Source: an uncultured Candidatus Entotheonella sp. (GTDB lineage Bacteria; Tectomicrobia; Entotheonellia; Entotheonellales; Entotheonellaceae). From it: DNA of 64,000 nt. Positions within the stretch are counted from its first letter, which is position 1. Each line of letters begins with the position of its first letter. Of this stretch, positions 29,256 to 37,586 are shown piece by piece. Location of the stretch: assembly GCA_965215335.1 (NCBI GenBank), contig CBDCDA010000001.1, positions 512,001-576,000 of the forward strand, written 5' to 3'. The notes under the pieces are model-generated. The model was not told the origin of the DNA. It worked only from the letters and a program-made list of their open reading frames with translations, and ran no database searches. Made by a program: the position numbers and the translations under genes.

Positions 29256-31280
29256 TTAGAGGTGCGGGGCAATCTCCTCGAACATAAAGGATTCAATCGT
29301 GTCGCCCTCCTTTATGTCCTGATAGCGCCCCAAACCGACACCGCATTCGAAGCCCACCGGAACCTCCTCGATATCGTCCTTGACGCGGCGGAGCGAAGCA
29401 ATCCGTCCCTCGTGGATAACCACACTATCCCGGATAACACGCGCCATCGCGTTGCGCCGCATGACGCCCTCCTGCACGTAACACCCCGCCACCGCCCCGA
29501 CGCGCGTAATGCGGAAGAGCGCCCGAACCTCAGCGCGCCCAAGCGTTTTTTCGTTGTATGTGGGAGCCAGCAATCCGAGCATCGCCTTCTCAACATCGGA
29601 AATCACCTCATAGATAACCGTATAGAGACGAACATCGACTTGCTCGTGTTCAGCCAGCTCCGCGGCCTTTGGAATCGGACGAACGTTGAAACCGATTACG
29701 ATGGCATTCGAAGCCGAAGCGAGCATGATGTCCGACTCCGTAATGCCGCCCGTCGAACCGTGGATCAAACGCAACCGGACTTTCTCACTCTCCAATTTGG
29801 AGAGTGAGTCCCACAGGGCCTGTATGGAGCCATGTACATCGCCCTTGATCACCAAATTCAGGTCTTTGACTTCGCCTGCCGAGATGCGGCGGTACAAATC
29901 GTCTAGCGTAACCCTGCCGCTCTGAGCAAGTTGCCTTGAGCGCTGCCTATCCTGTCTCACACTGCTGATCTGACGCGCCCGCCGTTCGTCTTCAACGACC
30001 GTGAAAGCGTCACCGGCGGACGGTACGGCGGCAAAACCAAGAACTTCCACAGGCGTGGAAGGACCCGCCTTCTTGATCTTCCGCCCAAGGTCGTCTTTCA
30101 TCGCCCGCACGCGGCCGTAATGATTACCGGCAACATAAGCCTCGCTGACCCCCAACGTGCCCTTTTCGATCAGCACGGTCGCAACAGGTCCTTGCGTCTT
30201 GTCAAGCCTCGCCTCAATGATCGTCCCCTTTGCCATCTGATACGGGTCGGCATGCAATTCCAGTATCTCGGCCTGCAGCAGGATCATTTCCAGCAAGTCA
30301 TCCAGCCCGTACTTCTGCTTGGCGGAAACTTCCACAAAAATCGTGTGCCCGCCCCACTCCTCGGGAACCAACTCCAATTCGGTGAGCTGTTGCTTGATAC
30401 GATCAGGATTTGCCTCATCCAGATCGATCTTGTTGATCGCAACGACAATAGGCACATTCGCTGCCTGGGCATGGGCAACGGCTTCACGCGTTTGCGGCAT
30501 CACGCCATCGTTCGCCGCCACCACCAACACAACAATGTCGGTAATTTGAGCGCCGCGCGCGCGCATGGCCGTGAAGGCCTCGTGGCCCGGAGTGTCCAAG
30601 AAGATAATCTTGCCTTTATCCGTCTCAACCTCATAAGCGCCGATATGCTGCGTGATGCCGCCAGCTTCGGTGGCCTGAATATTTGCCGCACGGATGGCGT
30701 CGAGCAGCGAGGTCTTGCCGTGGTCAACATGCCCCATAATCGTTACAACGGGCGCACGAGCTTCAAAAGACCCCGATGCAGACGGATCATCCACGGATTC
30801 AAGGGCTTCGTCCTGCTCCGAAACAAGCGTGATATCTTTACCTAGATTCTGTAAAACGTTGTTGGCAATATCAATGTCGATAACCGTGTTGATAGTGATG
30901 GATGCGAGCGTTCCGAAGCTCATAAGCTGCATGAATACATCTCTCGCCTCGACCTGGACGGTGTCGACGAAATCCTTCACGGTCAAGGCTTCGGGAACCC
31001 GTATGACAGTTGTTCCGTCCGGTTCTGCCGGCTCGGGCGTTGCGGGAACCGGCGACGGAGCTCCGATCTCAGCAGTTGATTCCTCACTGGCAGAGGACGA
31101 CTCTGACTGGTCAGACGTTTCCCGCTCACGGTACAACTCAGAGACAAGGCCAGCTGTTTCCTCGTCGAGACCGCTCATATGGCTCTTGACTTCAATACCC
31201 TGGGAACGCAGTTCTGCAACAAAATCCTTACTTGGAATTCCTAAGTCCCGCGCCAATTCATAAACTCTTACACTCGGCAT
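29256..31280 (-). CDS. infB: Translation initiation factor IF-2
   Basis: RVYELA, GHVDHGKTSLLD, GGITQHIGAY, DTPGH, NKID. Confidence 0.98.
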   Translation of the reverse strand: MPSVRVYELARDLGIPSKDFVAELRSQGIEVKSHMSGLDEETAGLVSELYRERETSDQSESSSASEESTAEIGAPSPVPATPEPAEPDGTTVIRVPEALTVKDFVDTVQVEARDVFMQLMSFGTLASITINTVIDIDIANNVLQNLGKDITLVSEQDEALESVDDPSASGSFEARAPVVTIMGHVDHGKTSLLDAIRAANIQATEAGGITQHIGAYEVETDKGKIIFLDTPGHEAFTAMRARGAQITDIVVLVVAANDGVMPQTREAVAHAQAANVPIVVAINKIDLDEANPDRIKQQLTELELVPEEWGGHTIFVEVSAKQKYGLDDLLEMILLQAEILELHADPYQMAKGTIIEARLDKTQGPVATVLIEKGTLGVSEAYVAGNHYGRVRAMKDDLGRKIKKAGPSTPVEVLGFAAVPSAGDAFTVVEDERRARQISSVRQDRQRSRQLAQSGRVTLDDLYRRISAGEVKDLNLVIKGDVHGSIQALWDSLSKLESEKVRLRLIHGSTGGITESDIMLASASNAIVIGFNVRPIPKAAELAEHEQVDVRLYTVIYEVISDVEKAMLGLLAPTYNEKTLGRAEVRALFRITRVGAVAGCYVQEGVMRRNAMARVIRDSVVIHEGRIASLRRVKDDIEEVPVGFECGVGLGRYQDIKEGDTIESFMFEEIAPHL

Positions 31281-31330
31281 GCATATCCCCCCGTAATAGA
31301 AATTCTTCCGTCCTTATTAAACCGCCTGTT

Positions 31331-31945
31331 TCAATTACGGCAACCGCCACCTCTAACGTCAAGACAAGCCAGTGACGCCTCAAATGTCTGCAATAAATTC
31401 AGCGTCGCACAAAGAGGTTCGCGAAAATGTGGATTCAACAAACCGACCGCGCTGCGACTCGTCTTACCGATGCGCCGCCCTAATTCCTCTTTCGTAAACA
31501 GCGTGATGTACGGGATGGCTTGCTCCACACACCACTCACGGTGTTCAGCAGCGCGCTGAACAGCAGCATCTTCCGCCAAGACCATGTACACGACCCTGTT
31601 GCGGCTGCATGCATGCCGCAACGACATGTAACCAGAGACCAGCCCGCCAGCTCTTTGCGCAATACTGAGACAAGCACCGAGCCGATCGTGAAGAGATGAC
31701 ACGGTTGCCCCACAAGCGGCGTCAAGCGGCGGCGCGATAACCGGTCGATGGAACACGGAACTCAGTCGTGAAGACCCGAGGGCCTTACGAAAGCAGCGCG
31801 CATCACAGCACACGTAAGCCCCCCTCCCCGGGACACGCCCTGTGTGATCAAATACCACTTCGCCGCCAGATGCACATGCAAGGCGGAGCAATTCGCCTTG
31901 GCCGCGCCTGGCTTTGCATCCAATACAGGTGCGTTCTGGAGGCAT
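31331..31945 (-). CDS. YlxR (DUF448) domain fused to an L7Ae-like domain
   Basis: PERTCIGC, GRGAY, then AQRAGGLVSG...LAEDA...KEELGRRIGK; between nusA and infB. Confidence 0.8.
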   Translation of the reverse strand: MPPERTCIGCKARRGQGELLRLACASGGEVVFDHTGRVPGRGAYVCCDARCFRKALGSSRLSSVFHRPVIAPPLDAACGATVSSLHDRLGACLSIAQRAGGLVSGYMSLRHACSRNRVVYMVLAEDAAVQRAAEHREWCVEQAIPYITLFTKEELGRRIGKTSRSAVGLLNPHFREPLCATLNLLQTFEASLACLDVRGGGCRN

Positions 31946-31988
31946 ACGTCCTCACGCCATGGTCAGAAACCCGTTGGAATGTTCTTCC

Positions 31989-33173
31989 TCAACACTCAGG
32001 AGGCAGTGCGTCGTCTACGGATGCGGCTTCCCCGTGTTCCCCTATAGCCGAAGAGTCTTCTTCATCCACAGCCCTGGCAGGCTGGAAGACGCTTTCCGCA
32101 AGTCGTAAAGCCTCTTGGCGCTCGCTATCCGATCCAACCTCCTGAGCGTTCCTGACATCAATTTTCCATTGTGTAAGTTTTGCCGCCAAGCGAACGTTTT
32201 GGCCGCGCTTGCCAATGGCCAGAGACAACTGGTCTTCCGCAACGAGGACTTGCATTGTTTTCTCAGCCTCGTCCACTTCTATGCGCACTGCCTTGGCAGG
32301 GCTGAGAGCATTATGTACGAATTGCACTGCATCCTCTGTCCATTGCACGATATCGATCTTCTCCCCCCGCAGTTCCTGAACAACAGACTGCACACGCATG
32401 CCCCGCATACCCACGCAGGCACCAATGGGGTCGATGTCCTTGTCATGAGACATGACAGCGATCTTTGCCCTTCCGCTGGCGTCTCTCGCGGCGGCCTTGA
32501 TCTCAATGATCCCTTCGTAAATCTCCGGTACTTCCATCTCAAACAGCCGCATCAGGAAAACAGGATGAGTACGGGAAAGGATGACCTGAGGCCCGCTTGA
32601 AGATCGCTTGACCTCGATGATATGCGCCCGGATCCGGTCGCCTCGCCTGAACACCTCGCGAAAAGACTGTTCTCGGCGCGGCAAAAGAGCTTCCGTCTTT
32701 CCAAGGTCAACCATCAAGTTGCCCTCTCGCTCCACCCGCGTGACGATCCCATTCACGAGGTCGCCCTGTCGATGCTTGAATTCGCGATAGACCATATCCC
32801 GCTCGGCTTCACGAACTTTCTGAATAATCACTTGTTTTGCCGTCTGGGCGGCGATGCGGCCGAAATCTTCAAGTTCATACGGTACTTCAACGAGGTCATC
32901 CAAACTCACGTCTGGGCACATCTCCCTGGCTTCTTCCAGGTTGATCTCAAGCGCACCATCGGAGATATCCGCCGTCGGAACGACTTTCTTCTCGAAGTAC
33001 AGGGTAATGGCCCCCGTCTCCTCATCCAGGCGTACACCCATGTTGTCAGCCGTGCCAAAACGTTTACGACCAGCCGACAGGATGGCTGAAACGATCGCCT
33101 CGACCAAGGTCTCTTTCTCTATCCCCTTTTCGCGGCTGATCTGATCAATAAGATGTAACAGTTCTGCATTCAC
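31989..33173 (-). CDS. nusA: Transcription termination factor NusA
   Basis: FGRIAAQTAKQ, LSRTHP, GACVGMRG, AIGKRGQNVRLA. Confidence 0.97.
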   Translation of the reverse strand: MNAELLHLIDQISREKGIEKETLVEAIVSAILSAGRKRFGTADNMGVRLDEETGAITLYFEKKVVPTADISDGALEINLEEAREMCPDVSLDDLVEVPYELEDFGRIAAQTAKQVIIQKVREAERDMVYREFKHRQGDLVNGIVTRVEREGNLMVDLGKTEALLPRREQSFREVFRRGDRIRAHIIEVKRSSSGPQVILSRTHPVFLMRLFEMEVPEIYEGIIEIKAAARDASGRAKIAVMSHDKDIDPIGACVGMRGMRVQSVVQELRGEKIDIVQWTEDAVQFVHNALSPAKAVRIEVDEAEKTMQVLVAEDQLSLAIGKRGQNVRLAAKLTQWKIDVRNAQEVGSDSERQEALRLAESVFQPARAVDEEDSSAIGEHGEAASVDDALPPEC

Positions 33174-33223
33174 CAGCTATGCATTCCTCCTGGGCATCAA
33201 GCTGCACTCCGCATGAGGTCTGT

Positions 33224-33712
33224 TCAGAGTCGGACGCGCTTAGCTCGTTTGAACTCCAATTCGACAACCCCATGGTCAATGGACTGAAACGGGATCGTGA
33301 TCGGCGTTTCGGCGTCGGTGTGAAGAAAGAGATACGATTCCGTTACTGCGGCCAGTCGACCGGTATACTGAGACTTATCCAGATAAGGAGAATGCAAGAA
33401 TACCGTCACCATACGCCGGCATTGGCGCCGGAAATCCCGCAGATTTTTCAAAGGCCTGTCCAAACCGGGAGAAGAGACTTCGAGAACATATGATGCCGGA
33501 ATCAGGTTCTCCGCGTCCAACAACTGACCAATCTCACAACTCAGACTACGACAGTCTTCCAGTGATATGCCATCATGATTATCTACGAAGACTCGTACCA
33601 ACCATCGGCCTTTATGTCGCTGAAGTCGTAATTCAACAAACTCGACACCTTGGGCATCGAGGAAAGGCTTTATAGCTTCACTAACGTGTCGAGACAACGC
33701 TCCACGTTGCAT
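33224..33712 (-). CDS. rimP: Ribosome maturation factor RimP
   Basis: GISLEDC, YVLEVSSPGLDRPL. Confidence 0.95.
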   Translation of the reverse strand: MQRGALSRHVSEAIKPFLDAQGVEFVELRLQRHKGRWLVRVFVDNHDGISLEDCRSLSCEIGQLLDAENLIPASYVLEVSSPGLDRPLKNLRDFRRQCRRMVTVFLHSPYLDKSQYTGRLAAVTESYLFLHTDAETPITIPFQSIDHGVVELEFKRAKRVRL

Positions 33713-33774
33713 GAGGGCTCATCAAGGTGGCTATAGAGGGATATGCTGCCTAAAGTGTTGAAATGTGGCCAGTG

Positions 33775-33803
33775 AGTATGGCAAATGCCCCATTCTACTG
33801 CAA
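33775..33803 (-). promoter_or_regulatory. Possible promoter of the rimP-nusA-infB operon
   Basis: Minus strand TTGCAG-N17-CATACT; weak match. Confidence 0.3.
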
Positions 33804-34063
33804 GAGAAAAGTCCGTTCCGTCTGGAGACAGCTACGGATAGCATGGACATGATCCGATAGCATCGCCCACCCTGAGATTCGATAACTGCACTGACTCGGT
33901 GACTTATGCTCTCTTGGTACGGTCTCCAACACAGGTCCACGTGCGCTCCGCACCTTCACGGGCCTGGACCAGGAAGAATTCCTCGTGCGATACCAGTCGG
34001 ATAGCGTGCAGTCTGGGTGAATACTATTTCGGATAATGTTTCATACGCCCAAAAACAACGTGA

Positions 34064-35134
34064 TCAGGAGAACAACCGCATGATGTCGTTGTAGAAGGCG
34101 AAGAGCATCAGACACACCAGTATCACCAGCCCCACTTGGTGCGCAATCTCCCGTTTGCGCACGCTGAGAGGCCTGCCTTGCACGATCTCGATCATGAAGA
34201 AAAGCAAGTGACCGCCATCGAGAATAGGAATGGGAAGAAGATTCAAAATGGCCAGACTTACGCTGATGGCAGCGGTTAGAAAGATGACATTGCGCCATCC
34301 ATTGTCGGCCTGTCGGTTTATTTCCTGCGCAATACCGAGCGGGCCCGCAAGGCTTTCCGAAACCGGGATGGCACCGGAGATGATCTGCCCGAATCCCGTG
34401 AACGTAAGCTGCGTTATCCGCCAAGTCCAAACGCAGCCGCGGACGAGCGCCGAAAACGGATCGGTGCGTTGCAAGACAAAATCACCAGGGCGCAATTCCA
34501 CGCCAATACGCCATGCCTCAACATCCTGAACCTTGCGCGGGGTTATGAGAAGACTTTGCTCCCGCCCGTCTCGGTCAATCTGCATGGGAAGCGTGCTGCC
34601 CCTGCTTGTCACGATTTGTTGCCTGAGATCCTCGATTCGCCTAATGATCCGGCCATTCAGGCTGATCACCTTGTCTTCCGCTTGTAACCCAGCAGCAGCC
34701 GCCGCCGAGCCCTCGAGTATGCGGCCGATATATACCGATTGCTCCACCGGATAGCCAATCACCTGGACGACGGCGATGAGAGCAATCGCAAAGAAAATGT
34801 TAAACGCCGGCCCTGCCGCTACAATTGGAATCCGTTTCCACACCGATTGATGTTGAAACGACCCTTCTCGTTCGCTCTCCTTGATTTCGGCATCCAAATC
34901 CTCTCCGTACATCTTGACGTAGCCACCCAGCGGGATGACGGAAAGACGGTATTCTGTGTCACCCCACTTCTTGCGCCAGACTGGCGGCCCAAATCCAATG
35001 GAAAATCGCTCCACAAGTACGCCGGACTTCTTGGCCACGATGAAATGACCAAATTCGTGCACGGCAATGAGGGCGCCAAGCACCGCAAGGAATCGCAATG
35101 CCGCAAAGATAAAAACTGCCAGTGTCGGTTCCAT
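34064..35134 (-). CDS. rseP: RIP metalloprotease RseP
   Basis: HEFGH, PLGGYVKM, AGP, PDZ, NLLPIPILDGG. Confidence 0.96.
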   Translation of the reverse strand: MEPTLAVFIFAALRFLAVLGALIAVHEFGHFIVAKKSGVLVERFSIGFGPPVWRKKWGDTEYRLSVIPLGGYVKMYGEDLDAEIKESEREGSFQHQSVWKRIPIVAAGPAFNIFFAIALIAVVQVIGYPVEQSVYIGRILEGSAAAAAGLQAEDKVISLNGRIIRRIEDLRQQIVTSRGSTLPMQIDRDGREQSLLITPRKVQDVEAWRIGVELRPGDFVLQRTDPFSALVRGCVWTWRITQLTFTGFGQIISGAIPVSESLAGPLGIAQEINRQADNGWRNVIFLTAAISVSLAILNLLPIPILDGGHLLFFMIEIVQGRPLSVRKREIAHQVGLVILVCLMLFAFYNDIMRLFS

Positions 35135-35254
35135 CGTGTCATCCCTTCACGAAAACCCCGTGGTTAAGTTGCGCCCCGCGTCCTGCAATACCAAGGTCTA
35201 CCCGCCCGGATGGACTTATCTCGACAAACCCGCCGCAGCCGGATGCGTCATCCA

Positions 35255-36001
35255 TTACTGGGGGGTTGCGAAGTCGCTGGGGCTGAGTACTTCTGTATCT
35301 GGAGGCAGATCAAGCTCGAAGGTATACGTAGGTAACGCTGTGTGAACGGTGAGCGATGAAAGACGGATTTCCGTAAGGTTCCCAATCGGGTCATGGATCC
35401 ACAGACCTTCTATAAAATAACTCCGCGGGTTAACCGCCACGCGCAACTCAGTGAAGCCAGCCAAACGCGAACGCGGCACCAAGCGGATAAGCATCTGCGC
35501 CGTCTCGGTTTCGGGCAGGGTCGTTATGGCGAAAACATCGCGGAGCTTAACGACTCCGGCAAGGAAAAGAAGGGCGACATTGGAACGGGTGCTCTCATCA
35601 ACGGCGCTTTGCAAGAGTTGCTGCCGCTCGGGCGTGTAAATGTGCAAGCCCGAACCATCATAAAGGATGGTTTGTCTTTCCGGCTCGTCATATTCCCAAC
35701 GAATCCAGTGGGGTTTCTCGATGTATAGACGGCCCGACGAAAACTGCTGCCGGTTGATCGATTTGAGGATCGCAACCTGCTCGAAATCAGCGGTCAAGGC
35801 TTTCATGCGATCGTAGGTGACCTGGATTCTGTCAATCAACGTATCAAGTTCCAGGGCCTTGCAGTCACCGATGAACCCCACGATGCCGATGAACACGCCT
35901 AGCAGACAAATGATCGGTAGACGTAGCTGCCGGATCCGTTCACGTCGCCAATCGCCGCACCTTGCCTTCAAATGGCACTCTCCCCAGGCGATCCACCGCA
36001 A
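35255..36001 (-). CDS. lolA: Outer-membrane lipoprotein carrier LolA
   Basis: ADFEQ, GRLYIEKP..IRWEY..PERQ...DG; true start probably downstream of 36001. Confidence 0.85.
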   Translation of the reverse strand: MRWIAWGECHLKARCGDWRRERIRQLRLPIICLLGVFIGIVGFIGDCKALELDTLIDRIQVTYDRMKALTADFEQVAILKSINRQQFSSGRLYIEKPHWIRWEYDEPERQTILYDGSGLHIYTPERQQLLQSAVDESTRSNVALLFLAGVVKLRDVFAITTLPETETAQMLIRLVPRSRLAGFTELRVAVNPRSYFIEGLWIHDPIGNLTEIRLSSLTVHTALPTYTFELDLPPDTEVLSPSDFATPQ

Positions 36002-36002
36002 C

Positions 36003-37301
36003 TCACAGGGCGTCGGAAAGCTGTTTCACCAGAGCCACGTTTTCTGTGTGCCCGGTCATATTCGCCCGCACGTGCCCGCGCAAATTTCTGCCAAGCAGGC
36101 ACAAATCTCCAATGATGTCGAGTACTTTATGCCGAACACATTCATCGGGAAATCGCAACTGCACATTGTTTACGATTTTTTCGTCGCCCAGCAAAATGAC
36201 ATTATTCAGGCGCCCGCCGGCGATGAGTCCCATCTCGTGCATCTTTTCCACCTCGCGCACAAACGCGAAGGTGCGCGCCGGGGCAATCTCAAAGCGATAA
36301 CTCGTCCCGCTCCGGTGCTCATATGTGAACTCTTGGATACCTAACGGCTGGGGGTAATGCAAGCGATAGGAGACCTTGAATCCATCGTAAGGCTCGACCA
36401 GAATGAATTTGGCTGCCGGGTCGATTTGGCCCACGTGATAACAGCGGTCCACAACGAATTCTTCCAGTTTGCCCTCCTGCTCGACAACGCCACCTTCCTC
36501 GATGAGTTGACAGAAGGAAGTGGCCGAGCCGTCCATAATGGGTACCTCATCGCCAACCTGGACCAGTAAATTGGTAATGCCGTAAGCATACAGGGCCGAC
36601 ATGAGATGCTCGATTGTTCTGACCGTGAAACCCTGTTGGTGCAACGTCGTGCAAAAGTCGGTGGATGTGACGAAATGAATAGCGGCCGGCAACGTTTCAC
36701 CTGTTGTAACGTTCCTGAAGACAATGCCGCTGTCGGGCGGCATCGGCTCAAGAATAATACCCGTCTTAACACCGGATTGCAGTCCTAGTCCATATCCGAC
36801 CACACCGCAACGCAGCGTGCGCTGGGGACGGTGAGCCGCAAATGGTAAAACCGGGCAGGAGCCGTTCAACAGCGGCGAGGAGGCCACAGGAGACGACCGG
36901 GAAATGACCGGGACATCGCGTGAAGAGCAGGCTCGTTTGATGCTGTCGACCAACCTGTCGAGCGAACAGGGTTTTTCAATGTAATCGAAAGCTCCGAGTT
37001 GAATCGCCTTCACAGCCATGGCAATCGTGCCGTAGCCTGACAACATGATGACAGGACAGGCAGAATCCGTGCCCTGCAAAGCTTGCAGGATTTCAATACC
37101 GTTCATGCCGGGTAGCCAGATGTCAAGGAGCATCACGTCCGGGCGGAAACTGTGGACAATCCTCAGAGCCTCCTGCCCATCAACGGTGCAGGTGGCCTGA
37201 AAGCCCTCATCCTTGAGCGCGCCGGCTAACGCCCTCGACAAGCTCGTGTCGTCATCCACGATCAAGACGCGACGTATTCCCATGTGTACGCTTTCCGTCA
37301 T
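36003..37301 (-). CDS. lpxC: Response-regulator receiver domain fused to UDP-3-O-acyl-GlcNAc deacetylase LpxC
   Basis: About aa 9-125 is REC (IVDDD, LLDIWLPG, LSGYG, IEKP); from about aa 160 LpxC (QRTL, TIEHLMSAL, EVPIMDGSA, APARTF, RHKVLDIIGDL, GH). Confidence 0.93.
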   Translation of the reverse strand: MTESVHMGIRRVLIVDDDTSLSRALAGALKDEGFQATCTVDGQEALRIVHSFRPDVMLLDIWLPGMNGIEILQALQGTDSACPVIMLSGYGTIAMAVKAIQLGAFDYIEKPCSLDRLVDSIKRACSSRDVPVISRSSPVASSPLLNGSCPVLPFAAHRPQRTLRCGVVGYGLGLQSGVKTGIILEPMPPDSGIVFRNVTTGETLPAAIHFVTSTDFCTTLHQQGFTVRTIEHLMSALYAYGITNLLVQVGDEVPIMDGSATSFCQLIEEGGVVEQEGKLEEFVVDRCYHVGQIDPAAKFILVEPYDGFKVSYRLHYPQPLGIQEFTYEHRSGTSYRFEIAPARTFAFVREVEKMHEMGLIAGGRLNNVILLGDEKIVNNVQLRFPDECVRHKVLDIIGDLCLLGRNLRGHVRANMTGHTENVALVKQLSDAL

Positions 37302-37586
37302 TCACCTCGCCTTTGTACAACCTTTAGAGGAATTTCCACCCGGTCGATGTCGGATGTTGACACCGTCTTGTATCTCAAGCCCAGACGCTCACTGAACCGG
37401 TGGCGTTGGGGCGGGCACGCTCAAAACGGGCAAGGCGCGGCAGCGATGGCTCCAGGGTGGTGTGATGACTCAAGTCAACACGATCCAGCGCCGCCCACGG
37501 GTACGCACGGCACGCTTGCGGCTGGAAGCCAGCGGGTCAGGGTAGTGACCGCGCTTCCTGGATACTCCCTCATGACGCGTCCTCGC

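Noticed and set aside
33713..34063. 350-bp intergenic region as an ncRNA or small gene
   Set aside because: No recognisable RNA family, strong stem or credible ORF by eye; an Rfam scan would be needed.
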